Position numbers and translations under genes: made by a program. Source: Bordetella parapertussis (lineage in GTDB: Bacteria; Pseudomonadota; Gammaproteobacteria; Burkholderiales; Thiobacillaceae). Taken from it: a stretch of DNA of 64,000 nt. Shown piece after piece: positions 29,855 through 40,600 of the stretch. The DNA lies in NCBI GenBank assembly GCA_945890495.1, contig CAMDCO010000004.1:16833-80832 (forward strand). Reading direction: 5' to 3'. The notes below the pieces were generated by a model. It searched no databases. It was not told the DNA's origin and was given only the letters and a program-made list of their open reading frames with translations. Every line of letters begins with the position of its first letter. Position 1 is the stretch's first letter.

Positions 29855-30046
29855 GCCCCCCCGTGATTGCCCATTTACCGCTAGGGCAGGCACAGGGGCC
29901 TGCCCCTACGGGGCGAATGGGTGTTTCTTCGTAGGGACACCCCCCCCGTGGTTGTCCATTTACCGCTAGGGCAGGCACACCTGCCCCTACGGGGTGGATG
30001 GATGTTTCTTCGTAGGGGCAACCCCCTGTGGTTGCCCGTTTACTCG
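29855..30046. repeat. Tandem array (about 2.3 units of about 80-85 bp) of composite family-B palindromic elements
   Basis: Units start near 29861, 29946 and 30025. Each has hairpins GGGCAGG-loop-CCTGCCC and GGG(G)CAACC-loop-GGTTG(C/T)CC. The array fills the cdsA-dxr spacer. Confidence 0.85.
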
Positions 30047-30052
30047 AGAAGA

Positions 30053-30832
30053 TCATCGTGTAAACCAATGCCAAAGCAGGGCGGCGACGGGCAGGGTGGC
30101 GATCAGGCTATCCAGACGGTCGAGCACGCCGCCGTGGCCGGGCAGGATATGGCCGCTGTCCTTGACGCCAGCCTGACGCTTGATCCAGGACTCGAACAGG
30201 TCACCGACGATGGACAGGATCAGGAGCAGCCAGAAAAAGCCCAAGCCGCGTGGCAAGCAGTTGATGCCGCAGAGCGGCCACCAGGGGTACAAGGCCAGTC
30301 CGTAGAGGGTGACGCCGACCGCCGCGCCCAGCGCGCCCTCAATCGTCTTTCCGGGGCTGATGGACGGGGCGAGTTTGTGTTTGCCAAATTTTCGCCCGGT
30401 GAAATAGGCTGCCGAGTCGGCGATGGCGATGGCGCCGAGGATGGCGAGGATCAAGTTGGGGTGAATGGCCCGTAGATCGACCAAGGCCAACCAGAATGAG
30501 GGCAGCAATAACAAACCCAGCGGCAACAAGCGGGCCGGCGTTGATGCCCAGCCACGCGACAGCCAGATCGGCGCAATCAGCCACCAGAACAGGGCGGCGG
30601 GGGCAAATAACCACAGCGCAGGCAGAGACAAGGATTGCACCGCCACAGCCACGGCCCCACAGGCCAAGGCAAAGATCGCCCGACCGTTCGTTTGCAGATG
30701 GGCCAGCCCCCCCCATTCCCAGGCGGCCAACAGGGTGACGATCAGGGTCAATACGGCCCAGACGGGCGCAGGGGCCAGATAGAGCGCGGCGACGACACCA
30801 CCGATTAGCCCAGCGGCGGTCATCAGACGCAA
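30053..30832 (-). CDS. cdsA: Phosphatidate cytidylyltransferase
   Basis: Multi-TM protein with AAWEWGGL near the N-terminus. Start is TTG 30832 (N-terminus then aligns with enterobacterial CdsA) or ATG 30823. The longer ORF would overlap uppS. Confidence 0.9.
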   Translation of the reverse strand: MRLMTAAGLIGGVVAALYLAPAPVWAVLTLIVTLLAAWEWGGLAHLQTNGRAIFALACGAVAVAVQSLSLPALWLFAPAALFWWLIAPIWLSRGWASTPARLLPLGLLLLPSFWLALVDLRAIHPNLILAILGAIAIADSAAYFTGRKFGKHKLAPSISPGKTIEGALGAAVGVTLYGLALYPWWPLCGINCLPRGLGFFWLLLILSIVGDLFESWIKRQAGVKDSGHILPGHGGVLDRLDSLIATLPVAALLWHWFTR

Positions 30833-30881
30833 CTGTAAATTGGAGGGACGACCCCCCTGCCCGCCATGAGGGCCATCGGAG

Positions 30882-31631
30882 TTAGGCGTGGGTTTGTTCG
30901 CTGGTGCGTCCAAAGCGGCGCTCCCGATGTTGGTAAGATTGGATGGCCGCGGCCAGCGCATCGGCGTTGAAGTCCGGCCAGTAGGTGTCGGTGAAATACA
31001 GCTCGGTATAGGCCAGTTGCCAGAGCATGAAGTTGCTGATGCGTTGCTCGCCGCCGGTGCGGATGAAGAGATCCGGCTCGGGGATGTCGCCTAGCGACAA
31101 GTAGTCGGTGAGGGTTGCCTCGTCGAGGGTGCTCGCGTCCGGATTGGCTGCGCGCCAGCGGTTGACCGCGTTGAGGATATCCCAGCGACCGCCATAGTTG
31201 GCGGCGATGGTCAGGGTTAGGCGGGTGCAGGCGGCGGTGCGCACCTCGGCCGTGGTGATGAGTTCTTGGATGCGTGGTGAAAACCGCGTCAAATCGCCCA
31301 CGATATTCAGGCGAATACCGTGTTTGATGAGACGGTCGACCTCATCTTCCAATGCCTCGACGAATAATTCCATGAGGCGCGAGACCTCGGCCTCGGGACG
31401 GCGCCAGTTTTCTGAGCTGAAGGCAAACAGGGTGAGGTAAGCAACACCCTGATCCACGCAGGCCTTGACGATGTCGCGCACCCGTTTGACCCCCACCGCA
31501 TGGCCCGCCACGCGCGGCAGCAGGCGCTTTTTAGCCCAGCGCCCGTTGCCATCCATAATGATGGCGATGTGCTGCGGGAGTGTGGTGACCTCGGGGATCG
31601 CCTGGGTGGGGCTGATGAGTTTGCGAAGCAT
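30882..31631 (-). CDS. uppS: Undecaprenyl diphosphate synthase
   Basis: Motif [16 protein letters not shown]. Start chosen at [10 protein letters not shown]; upstream in-frame GTG/ATG codons up to 31664 are possible. Confidence 0.9.
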   Translation of the reverse strand: MLRKLISPTQAIPEVTTLPQHIAIIMDGNGRWAKKRLLPRVAGHAVGVKRVRDIVKACVDQGVAYLTLFAFSSENWRRPEAEVSRLMELFVEALEDEVDRLIKHGIRLNIVGDLTRFSPRIQELITTAEVRTAACTRLTLTIAANYGGRWDILNAVNRWRAANPDASTLDEATLTDYLSLGDIPEPDLFIRTGGEQRISNFMLWQLAYTELYFTDTYWPDFNADALAAAIQSYQHRERRFGRTSEQTHA

Positions 31632-31664
31632 GGATGAATTGTAGCCGCTGAGGGCCATCATCAC

Positions 31665-32222
31665 TCAAACAGCCATCAGTTCTTTTTCTTTTTCCGCCAC
31701 GGCCTTGTCCATCTCGGCGATGTATTTGTCAGTCAGTTTCTGGATATCGTCGGCGGCACGGCGCTCGTCGTCCTCGCTGATCTCGCTCTTCTTCTGAAGG
31801 TCTTTCAAGTGGGCAATCGCGTCACGGCGAATATTGCGAATGGCAATCTTGCCTTCCTCTGCCTCGTGGCGCACGACCTTGACCAGGTCACGGCGGCGCT
31901 CCTCGGTCATAGCGGGGATCGGAACGCGGACCACATCACCAATCGTGCTCGGGTTGAGGCCGAGGTCGGAATCGCGAATGGCCTTTTCGATCTTGGCCAG
32001 CATGGGTTTTTCCCAGGCCTGAACACCGAGGGTGTGCGAATCCAGAACCGACACATTGCCGACCTGATTTACCGCCATCAGGCTGCCGTAGTAATCCACC
32101 TTGACATGATCAAGGAGCCCGGCATGGGGCCGCCCGGTGCGGATCTTGCCAAACTCGGTCTTGAGTGCCTCGACCGATTTGTGCATCTTGTCTTCGGCAT
32201 TTTTTCGGATTTCTTGGGTCAT
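31665..32222 (-). CDS. frr: Ribosome recycling factor
   Basis: 185 aa. Typical Frr sequence (...[22 protein letters not shown]...). Confidence 0.95.
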   Translation of the reverse strand: MTQEIRKNAEDKMHKSVEALKTEFGKIRTGRPHAGLLDHVKVDYYGSLMAVNQVGNVSVLDSHTLGVQAWEKPMLAKIEKAIRDSDLGLNPSTIGDVVRVPIPAMTEERRRDLVKVVRHEAEEGKIAIRNIRRDAIAHLKDLQKKSEISEDDERRAADDIQKLTDKYIAEMDKAVAEKEKELMAV

Positions 32223-32236
32223 TTTGTTGTTCCTGA

Positions 32237-32953
32237 TTAGAGGGTTACCCGCGTGCCTTCATCCTCGCCCATAACCACCCGCTTTAGCGCCCCGTTGTTA
32301 AAGATGCTGAAGACACAGAGGGGGAGGCCTTGTTCGCGGCAGAGCGCAAAGGCGGCCGTATCAAGGACGCCCAGATTGCGAGCGATGGCTTCATCGAAAC
32401 TCAGTGTGGTATAGCGACTCGCGGTGGGATCTTTCTTGGGGTCTGCGGTATAGACGCCATCCACCTTGGTGGCCTTGAGCATTAGGTCGGCACCGATCTC
32501 CGCACCGCGCAGGGCCGAGGCCGTGTCGGTGGTGAAAAAGGGGTTGCCGGTGCCACCGCCAAAGACGACCACGCGGCCAGCCTCAAGGTGACGCACGGCG
32601 CTGTCGCGTTCGAAAGACTCACCGACATGACCAATTGAAACGGCCGTTTGCACCCGGGTATCGACCCCGGACGCAATCAGGGCATCCTTGAGGGCCAAGG
32701 CATTCATGACGGTGGCCAACATCCCCATGGAATCGGCGGTGGCGCGGTCCATTCCGGACAGGGCGCCGGTGGCCCCCCGAAACAGATTGCCGCCCCCAAC
32801 CACGATGGCCACTTGCACGCCCAAATCGACGACTTCCCTGATCTGGGCCGTGATGCTGGCCAAGGTCGGCGCGTGATAACCAAAGGCCTCCGGCCCCATC
32901 AGGGCCTCGCCCGACAACTTAAGCAGGATGCGACGACAGGCGGGGGCGGGCAT
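32237..32953 (-). CDS. pyrH: UMP kinase
   Basis: Motifs [11 protein letters not shown] and [10 protein letters not shown]. Confidence 0.95.
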   Translation of the reverse strand: MPAPACRRILLKLSGEALMGPEAFGYHAPTLASITAQIREVVDLGVQVAIVVGGGNLFRGATGALSGMDRATADSMGMLATVMNALALKDALIASGVDTRVQTAVSIGHVGESFERDSAVRHLEAGRVVVFGGGTGNPFFTTDTASALRGAEIGADLMLKATKVDGVYTADPKKDPTASRYTTLSFDEAIARNLGVLDTAAFALCREQGLPLCVFSIFNNGALKRVVMGEDEGTRVTL

Positions 32954-32956
32954 GAG

Positions 32957-33832
32957 TCAGACCTTAGACGCGGCCGCGACCTCGGCGGCGAAGTCGTTGA
33001 CCTTCTTCTCGATGCCTTCACCGACCATGTACAGGGTGAAGCCGTGGACAGCGCCACCCTTAGACTTCATCAACTGCTCGATGGTTTGCTTGTCGTCCTT
33101 GACGAAGGGCTGGGTCAGCAGGGCGACTTCCTTGAGGAATTTCTGCACGCTACCTTCAGCGATTTTGTCCAGCATCGCTTCCGGCTTGCCGGCTTCCTTG
33201 GCCTTTTCGATGGCAACGCGGCGCTCGGTATCGATCAGGGCCGGCGACACGCCAGAGGCATCCAGGGACTTGGGCTTGGTCGCCGCGATGTGCATGGCCA
33301 CATCACGCGCCGTTGCATCATCCCCAGTAAGGTCTACCAGAACCCCGATCTTGGAGCCACCATGGATGTACTGGCCCAAATTGCCTTGCGCCTCAACGCG
33401 AACAAAGCGGCGCAAGCTCATGTTTTCGCCGATCTTTCCGACCAGAGCGGTGCGGATTTCCTCGACCGTTTGATCTCCGATCTTCAGGGCGGAGAGGGCC
33501 GCCACATCGGCCGGGTTTTGGGTCACAACCATCTCGGCGAGGTTCTTGACCAGGCCCAGGAAGTCATCATTCTTGGCCACGAAGTCGGTCTCGCAGTTCA
33601 CTTCGATCATCGAACCCAGCTTGCCATCGGCCGTAATATGGATGCCAACGATCCCCTCGGCGGCGATACGGCTGGCGCTCTTGGCCGCCTTGTTGCCAAA
33701 CTTGACGCGCAGAATCTCTTCGGCGCGGGTCATGTCGCCCTCGGCCTCACCCAAGGCGCGTTTGCAATCCATCATCGGCGCATCGGTCATCTCGCGCAGT
33801 TGTTTCACCATTGCGGCGGTAATTTCAGCCAT
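32957..33832 (-). CDS. tsf: Elongation factor Ts
   Basis: N-terminus [27 protein letters not shown]. Confidence 0.95.
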   Translation of the reverse strand: MAEITAAMVKQLREMTDAPMMDCKRALGEAEGDMTRAEEILRVKFGNKAAKSASRIAAEGIVGIHITADGKLGSMIEVNCETDFVAKNDDFLGLVKNLAEMVVTQNPADVAALSALKIGDQTVEEIRTALVGKIGENMSLRRFVRVEAQGNLGQYIHGGSKIGVLVDLTGDDATARDVAMHIAATKPKSLDASGVSPALIDTERRVAIEKAKEAGKPEAMLDKIAEGSVQKFLKEVALLTQPFVKDDKQTIEQLMKSKGGAVHGFTLYMVGEGIEKKVNDFAAEVAAASKV

Positions 33833-33870
33833 TGTGTTCTCCAGATATTCAGTTAGATTCGGTCAATGAA

Positions 33871-33934
33871 AAGCGCGCCCTTTGTTGTGACCTTGGCGCT
33901 TGCTATGCCAAGGGGCCACAGACGGGGCGCGCTT
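33871..33934 (-). terminator. Structured rpsB-tsf intercistronic element (possible attenuator)
   Basis: Outer 10-bp stem AAGCGCGCCC/GGGCGCGCTT encloses an inner 7-bp stem CCTTGGC/GCCAAGG. On the transcript it is followed by UUUUC. Confidence 0.4.
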
Positions 33935-33973
33935 CGTTAAAGATTTACGACTTAGTTACAACCAAGTTACAAC

Positions 33974-34726
33974 TTAAGCGCTGGCCTCGGGAGCATCTAC
34001 CACCTCGACATACTCGTCTTGGGTCGCTGCAACGATGTCATCGATCACCTGCGAGCGGCCTTCTAGCACGGCATCGGCCATGGCTTGGGCATACAGGCGA
34101 ATGGCGTTCGTCGCGTCATCGTTACCCGGGATGATGTGATCAATATTGGCCGGGCTGTTGTTGGTATCAACCACGCCGATCACCGGAATACCCAGTTTGA
34201 CGGCTTCACTGATTGCGATCTTCTGATAGCCCGTGTCAATCACGAACAGGGCGTCAGGCAGCTTGTCCATCTCTTTGATACCACCCAGGCTACGATTGAG
34301 ATTATCAAATTCGCGCTGCATGGTCAGGATTTCGCGCTTGGAGAGCGGTGAAGTTTCGCTATCCGCGAGTAGCGCTTCAAGGTCCTTGAGGCGCTTCACC
34401 GACTGCTTAACCGTTTTGTAATTGGTCAACATACCACCCAACCAACGGTGGGATACCCACGGCATGCCACAACGGGCGGCTTCCTCAGCCACGATGTCGC
34501 GTGCAGCACGCTTGGTGCCGACAAACAGGACGGTCTTGCGCTTGGCAGCCAGTTGACGCGCAACCTTGGCGGCGTCCTGCAGCATGGGCAGGGACTTTTC
34601 CAGGTTGACGATATGAATCTTGTTGCGTGCCCCGAAGATGAAGGGGGCCATTTTGGGGTTCCAGAAGCGCGTTTGGTGGCCAAAATGGCAGCCGGCTTCC
34701 AGCATTTGACGCATCGTTACAGACAT
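33974..34726 (-). CDS. rpsB: 30S ribosomal protein S2
   Basis: N-terminus [26 protein letters not shown]. Confidence 0.95.
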   Translation of the reverse strand: MSVTMRQMLEAGCHFGHQTRFWNPKMAPFIFGARNKIHIVNLEKSLPMLQDAAKVARQLAAKRKTVLFVGTKRAARDIVAEEAARCGMPWVSHRWLGGMLTNYKTVKQSVKRLKDLEALLADSETSPLSKREILTMQREFDNLNRSLGGIKEMDKLPDALFVIDTGYQKIAISEAVKLGIPVIGVVDTNNSPANIDHIIPGNDDATNAIRLYAQAMADAVLEGRSQVIDDIVAATQDEYVEVVDAPEASA

Positions 34727-34876
34727 GAATTACTCCAGTTAAGGTTATCACTGACATCCGCCGGAACCTGGAGACGCTCTCCAAAGCACCTTAACAGGCG
34801 AATGCGCAAATTTCTCGCTATCGGAAGACCCTATGGGGAAATACCCAAGGGGACATCAGAACTTACGAGACCCGCG

Positions 34877-34906
34877 ATTCTATCCGCAGAACGGGATTTT
34901 GGGCAA
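34877..34906 (-). promoter_or_regulatory. Candidate sigma-70 promoter of rpsB-tsf, leaving a 5' leader of about 140 nt
   Basis: The minus strand reads TTGCCC, 18 nt, TAGAAT. Long structured rpsB leaders with S2 autoregulation are known in gammaproteobacteria. Confidence 0.4.
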
Positions 34907-34941
34907 GCGGATTGTAGGGTAAAGACTCTGTCAAAACGACT

Positions 34942-35514
34942 TCAGGGTGCCGGCGGGCGCCGAGCCCAGGCCTCGGCATCACCATAATCCAGAAACTTGT
35001 GCGTCAGGCGGTGCGGGTCCCGGCTGCGGTGCGCGTGTTTAATCGGGCACCAGTAGGCCTCGGTCAGCGCAGCAATCTCACGCACATACTCGATCAGACC
35101 GTTGGCATAGCCACAATAGAGGCAATGGATCCTTTCGATCAGGTTGAGGTAACCGAGAAGGTGGCGATCAATCACAATATGGTCGCGATGGCGCACGCGT
35201 TTGAGGCCGTAAACGGGGAAACAAATGATCTGATATAGGGTCGTCATCAGGTCGAGTAGAACCAAAGGCACGATCAGGCTGTAGATGAACGGGGCGGTCA
35301 GCAAATGGCCAATGCGCGCCGTGAACAAATAACGCAGTAAGCCGGCCCGGTACGGGACCTGCAGGCGACGGATGCCGGACTCGAAGTGCACGCGACCCTG
35401 TTCAAGGCGGTAATGAAAGCGCGCGCGGGTCTCGTTGAGTTGCACCAGTGCGGCGGCCTCCAGTTCGGCCTCAGCCTCACGCAGGCGGGTCATCAGTTCT
35501 TCCATCGTTTTCAT
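34942..35514 (-). CDS. Hypothetical membrane protein (coiled-coil N-terminus, 2 TM, Cys/His-rich C-terminus)
   Basis: 190 aa. ATGA overlap with the rarA stop. Hydrophobic stretch LLTAPFIYSLIVPLVLLDLMTTLYQIICFPVY. C-terminal CLYCGY...YWCPIKHAH. No family recognised by eye. Confidence 0.6.
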   Translation of the reverse strand: MKTMEELMTRLREAEAELEAAALVQLNETRARFHYRLEQGRVHFESGIRRLQVPYRAGLLRYLFTARIGHLLTAPFIYSLIVPLVLLDLMTTLYQIICFPVYGLKRVRHRDHIVIDRHLLGYLNLIERIHCLYCGYANGLIEYVREIAALTEAYWCPIKHAHRSRDPHRLTHKFLDYGDAEAWARRPPAP

Positions 35515-36893
35515 GAGTCTGCCTCCTGATCGAGTTTGCGCAGGCTGGCCAGGCGCTCGCCGATGCGTTGTTCCAGGCCGCGATCCGTGGGGTGGTAGAA
35601 CTGAGCCTTCAGTCCGGTTGGCAAATAACTTGTCCCTGCGGCGTAGCCTTGCGGTTCATCGTGGGCATAGCGATAACCCTGGCCATAACCGAGGTCCTTC
35701 ATCAAACGGGTCGGGGCATTGCGCAGATGTTCCGGGACGGGTAGCGTCCCGGTCGTCTCGACCAAGGCCCGGGCGGCCTTCCACGCGCTGTACACGGCAT
35801 TGCTCTTGGGCGCGACGGCAAGATAGGTCACGGCTTGGGCCAAAGCCAGCTCACCCTCGGGCGAGCCCAGTCGCTCGTAAGCGGCCACGGCCTCCAGCAC
35901 CAAGGTGTGAGCGCGCGGGTCAGCTAGACCGATGTCTTCGCTCGCCATACGAATCAAGCGGCGACCAATGTAGAGTGGATCGGCACCCCCGTCGAGCATG
36001 CGCGCCAACCAGTACAAGGCGGCATCGGGATGTGAACCACGAACGGCCTTGTGCAGGGCAGAGATCTGGTCATAGAACTGATCGCCGCCTTTGTCGAAAC
36101 GGCGCCGTGCGGCCGCCAGGGCTTGGCTACAGAAATCGCTGTCGATTTGACTGCGACCTGTTGCCTGTGCCGCGACTCCCAGTTGTTCGACCAGGTTCAA
36201 CAAGCGCCGCGCATCGCCGTCTGCATTGTCGAGCAGGAGGCCTCGGGCGGCGTCATCCAGGGTGAGCGTCGTTTCTTGTTGGGCCAGCGCACGATCGAGG
36301 AGGGGGGTTAATTCCGCATCCGTCAGGGATTTGAGGACATAGACCTGGGCGCGGGAGAGGAGGGCGCCGACGACTTCAAAGGAGGGGTTTTCGGTGGTCG
36401 CCCCAATAAAGGTAATGAGGCCAGATTCCACATGCGGCAGGAAGGCATCTTGCTGGGCCTTGTTGAAGCGGTGCACCTCGTCGACAAAGAGCAGAGTGCG
36501 ACGCCCAGTCTGCCGGTTGATACGGGCGCGTTCGATCGCCTCGCGGATCTCCTTGACGCCAGCCAAGACGGCGGAGATCTGGACAAAATCGGCCTGAAAA
36601 TGCTGTGCCGCGAGACGGGCAAGGGTGGTCTTGCCCACCCCGGGCGGCCCCCAGAGGATCATGGAATGCAGGCGTCCGGACTCGAAGGCGAGGCAAAGCG
36701 GCATCCCCGTGCCCAGCAGGTGCGCCTGTCCGACGACCTCGCTCAGACACGAAGGGCGCAAGCGTTCGGCGAGCGGGATGGCGTCTGTGGTCAGGGGCTG
36801 CGTTGGCTTAGTGTCGCCGAACAGGTCGTCACCAAAGAGGTCATCGCCAAAGAGGGGCGTATCCGCCTTAGCGATCCCCGATGACATCGACAC
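35511..36893 (-). CDS. rarA: Replication-associated recombination protein A (AAA+ ATPase RarA/MgsA)
   Basis: Walker [10 protein letters not shown] and Walker [13 protein letters not shown]. 460 aa. N-terminal (DDLFG)x3 repeat. Confidence 0.95.
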   Translation of the reverse strand: MSMSSGIAKADTPLFGDDLFGDDLFGDTKPTQPLTTDAIPLAERLRPSCLSEVVGQAHLLGTGMPLCLAFESGRLHSMILWGPPGVGKTTLARLAAQHFQADFVQISAVLAGVKEIREAIERARINRQTGRRTLLFVDEVHRFNKAQQDAFLPHVESGLITFIGATTENPSFEVVGALLSRAQVYVLKSLTDAELTPLLDRALAQQETTLTLDDAARGLLLDNADGDARRLLNLVEQLGVAAQATGRSQIDSDFCSQALAAARRRFDKGGDQFYDQISALHKAVRGSHPDAALYWLARMLDGGADPLYIGRRLIRMASEDIGLADPRAHTLVLEAVAAYERLGSPEGELALAQAVTYLAVAPKSNAVYSAWKAARALVETTGTLPVPEHLRNAPTRLMKDLGYGQGYRYAHDEPQGYAAGTSYLPTGLKAQFYHPTDRGLEQRIGERLASLRKLDQEADS

Positions 36894-37506
36894 CCTTGGG
36901 CGGTTTGAAACGAAACAGGTCGCTGGCTAGCGCGGGGTTATGTTGCAGGGCGGAGAACTGCAGGCGACTGGTTTGGCCCAGATTGTCTTTTAGTTCCAGC
37001 ACCTCGATATGGCTGCCCCGGAAGCCGATGCGCACCTGCTCAAAGGTGCCTTCCCCGTTTTTTGGGGTGGCGAGGAGCCATTCGAGACCGTCGGAGACCC
37101 CCGCGTCCTTGAGTCGAAAGTGTTTTTCGATGTCATTGCTACCGGCCAGCAGGGCCGCCGGGCTTTGCCCAATGGCCAGATTCATGCGCTGAACCGTGAC
37201 TTGTTCCAGATCGGGATCGTAGAACCAGACCTTTTTGCCGTCGCCGACGATGACCTGGGCGTAGGGTTTTTCATAGGTCCAGCGAAACAGGCTCGGGCGG
37301 GCAAAGACCATGCTGCCGCTGCTACTCTGCATCTTTCGACCGTTGCGATCCATCACCGTCTGAGAAAAGTGACCGCGCAGGGTGCGCGTCTCGGATAGGT
37401 ATTCGTTCAGGCGATCGAGGGCATCGGCGTGGACAACACCACTGCCGAATGTGCCACTGCCGAATGCCAGCAAGCCAAGGGTAAGGAAGAAATTATTCAT
37501 GGTCAT
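36868..37506 (-). CDS. lolA: Outer-membrane lipoprotein carrier protein LolA
   Basis: 212 aa. Signal peptide, then typical LolA segments (FSQTV...FRWTYEKPY). Upstream of rarA, as in the E. coli ftsK-lolA-rarA arrangement. Confidence 0.9.
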   Translation of the reverse strand: MTMNNFFLTLGLLAFGSGTFGSGVVHADALDRLNEYLSETRTLRGHFSQTVMDRNGRKMQSSSGSMVFARPSLFRWTYEKPYAQVIVGDGKKVWFYDPDLEQVTVQRMNLAIGQSPAALLAGSNDIEKHFRLKDAGVSDGLEWLLATPKNGEGTFEQVRIGFRGSHIEVLELKDNLGQTSRLQFSALQHNPALASDLFRFKPPKGVDVIGDR

Positions 37507-37560
37507 GACGAGCCGATTACCTCACGATTGCCATTATTGCGCGGGGACGAGGCCGGCCAC
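37503..37560 (-). pseudogene. Relic of an ftsK 3' end (orphan gamma-domain tail) abutting lolA
   Basis: The minus strand reads AGLV(frameshift)[13 protein letters not shown]-stop. Compare the intact FtsK tail [21 protein letters not shown]. The relic's stop forms an ATGA overlap with the lolA ATG. Confidence 0.65.
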
Positions 37561-37671
37561 TGACCTCGCATTGAATGGGTGCGCGACCGTCCACCGCGAA
37601 CGATTGTACGGTGTCTGGTACGGCAACACCAACCACCATCGCCAACCCTGTGGGGGTTGGATGGCATTGCA

Positions 37672-40600
37672 TCATAGCGCATCGGTATTGCGGTCGACGA
37701 GCAGGCGTTCAGCATCCCGGCGGCCGAATAACCAGAACAACGCGGGGGTGAGATAGGTGTCGAGCAGGGTGGAGCTGATGAGCCCGGAGAAGATGACCAC
37801 GGCCACCGGGTGGAGGATCTCGGTACCGGGCCGTTCCGCCTCAAACAGCAGCGGGGCCAAGGCGAAAGCGGTGACCAAGGCGGTCATCAGCACCGGTGCC
37901 AGACGCTCCAGCGAACCGCGTACGATCATCTTGTGATCGAAGTCCTCGCCTTCGCTGCGCATTAGGTTGATGTAGTGGCTCACCTTGAGGATGCCGTTGC
38001 GTACCGAGATGCCGGCCAGGGTGACGAAACCAACCAAGGCCGCCACCGACAAGGGTTGTCCGGACAGCCAAAGGCCCAGCACCGCACCCACCAGCGCCAG
38101 CGGGATGTTGGCCATGATCAACAGCGATAGCCGCGCCGACTTGTAGCGACTGTAGAGCACCACGAACATCAGCGTCAGCGATACGATGGACAGCAGGCCG
38201 ACCAGTTTCGAGGCCTCCTCCTGGGCCTGGAACTGGCCACCCAAGACGACAAAATAGCCCTCGGGCTGTTTCGTATCCCCGACCGCCTTGCGGATGTCAG
38301 CCACCACCTCGGACAGCGCCCGGCCCTGGACATTGGCTGAAAGAACGATGCGACGGCGGCCATCATCGCGGCTGATCTGGTTGGGGCCATCGCCGTCCTC
38401 AATGGTGGCAATGCGCGACAGGGGCACGCTGCCGCTTGGGGTGCTGAACTCGATGCGGCTCAGCCCCTCCACCGTGCGCGCTGATTCCGGCAGGCGCATG
38501 ACCAGGGCGAAACGCTTGCCGCCCTCAATGATCTGGGCGGACTTCTCGCCCTCCATCAAGCCTTGCAGCAGGGCCAGTATTTGCGGCGTCGGGACGCCGT
38601 ATTGCGCTGCCGCCGCGTAGTCGATATGCACCTTGATCTGGGGTGCGAGCACCTGTTTTTCGATTTGCAGGTCAGCCAGGCCTGGAATGCTGGCAAGCCG
38701 GCCGCGCAGCAGGTCGGCCTGGGCGCGCAAAATATCTAGGTCCTCGCCGTAGATCTTGATGGCGATCTGTGAGCGCACGCCGGACAGCATATGGTCAATG
38801 CGATGCGATATAGGCTGGCCAATCTCAATGGCGGCGGGCAGGTTGATGAGCCGTCCACGGATATCCGCCTTGATCTCTTCCAGCGGCCGGGTCAGTTCGG
38901 CGGCGGGCTTGAGGCCAATATCCAGTTCGCTGACATGCACCCCTTCGGCATGTTCGTCCAGCTCGGCGCGGCCACTGCGCCGCCCAACATGGACCACCTC
39001 CGGCACTTGCCGTACCAGCACCTCGGCCTGCCGTGCCAGCGCCGATGATTCGGTCAGTGTTACACCCGGATTGAGGCGCAAGCCGATAAGCAGCGTGCCT
39101 TCATTAAACGGCGGCAGAAAGGTGGTAGGGAAGAACGGTACAGCCACCGCCGCGATTAGCACCGCCGTCGCCCCCGCCGCCAGGGCCGCCCGGGGTCGGT
39201 TCAACACAGATTGCAGGCTGTCGCGATAGCGCCTCTTGAGCCAGGCCAGAAGCCGTGTGTCGCCATGGTCGAGAGACTTCATGCGCGGCAGCAGGTAGAA
39301 CGATAGCACCGGGGTGATAGATACGGAGACCACTAGCGATGCCAGGGTCGAGGCGATAAAGGCGATTCCGAGCGGCACGAACAGCCGGCCCTCCATGCCA
39401 GGCAGGGCGAACAGCGGCAGGAACACCAGCACGATAATGATCGTGGCATAGAGAATGGCCGAACGCACCTCGAGGGTGGCACGGCTCACCAATTCGATGG
39501 GATGCAGGCGATGGTCGGGATGTTTGGCCCGGTCCTCCTTCAAGCGCCGCAACACATTTTCAATGCCTACCACGGCATCGTCCACCAGGCCGCCGATGGC
39601 GATGGCGAGTCCCCCGAGGGTCATGGTGTTGATCGACATGCCGAAATACTTGAAGACTAGCGCGGTCATAAAGATCGACACCGGGATGGCGGTAAGCGCG
39701 ATCACGGTCGGACGCAGGGTGCCCAGAAAGAAGAACAGGATCACCGCGACGAACACTGAGGCACCGATCAGCTTGCCTTGCAGGGTGTCGATGGAGGCCT
39801 CGATGAAACTGGCCTGACGAAAGGTGACGCGGGGTTCGGCCATACCCGCCGGCAGTCCCTGCTTTAGTGTGACCAGGGCCTCTTCGATGGACCGGGTCAG
39901 GGCGACGGTGTCCGCCGTGGGCTGCTTTTGGATACCCAGGATCACCGCTGGCCGGCCCTCGAAGCCGGCATCACCGCGTCTGGTGGCCGGGGCGAAGGTC
40001 ACCTCGGCGATCTGGCGCAACAGGATCGGTTGCTTGTTACGGCTGGTCAGCGCCAGATTTTTCAGGTCCTCCAGGCGTGAGGTACGGCCCAGGTTTCGAA
40101 TTAGATATTCTCGCCCATTGAGTTCCAGGAAGCCGCCCGAGGTGTTGGCTGAGAAACCGCGCAGGGCATCGTCGAGCTGGTCGTGGGTAATCCCCAGTTC
40201 CGCCATACGCACGGTATCCGGCTGCACCTGAAACTGGCGAACCTCACCGCCGATGGGGATGACCTGGGCGACGCCGGGGATTGCCATAAGGCGAGGCCGG
40301 AGCACCCAGTCAGCGTATTCCCGCACCGCCATGGGCGTAGAGGTGACGGCCCCCACGCTCCCTCCGGTCGCTCCCCCCTGAGGGGGCGCAGCCCCGCCTT
40401 GGGACGGCCCGGCGGTGGGGCTAGCCGTATCGAAGGGAATGGCGACCTGCATGATCTCGCCCATGATCGAGCTGATGGGCCCCATGCGCGGGGTCACGCC
40501 TTCGGGCAGGCCTTCTTCCATGGAGGTCAGGCGTTCAGAGACCATCTGCCGTGCGCGGAAGATATCAACGCGCCAGTCGAAAGTGACATAGATAAAAGAC

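Noticed and set aside
29855-30046. Tandem palindromic repeats considered as a possible mini-CRISPR array
   Set aside because: There are only about 2.3 units, and the units are contiguous with no unique spacers. The repeat modules also occur singly elsewhere (10336). There are no cas genes in the window. It is better explained as a REP/BIME-like array.
36814-36858. 15-bp periodic repeat encoding (DDLFG)x3 at the RarA N-terminus
   Set aside because: This is a short in-frame coding repeat in a disordered N-terminal tail. It shows no sign of mobile or regulatory function and is probably simple slippage variation.
37561-37683. Possible extension of the ftsK relic up to a DALYD-like match near 37670-37683
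   Set aside because: The DAL codons are the genuine C-terminus and stop of the RND pump (..NTDAL-stop). The intervening about 110 bp shows only about 50-55% identity with indels. Only the terminal ~58 bp is claimed.
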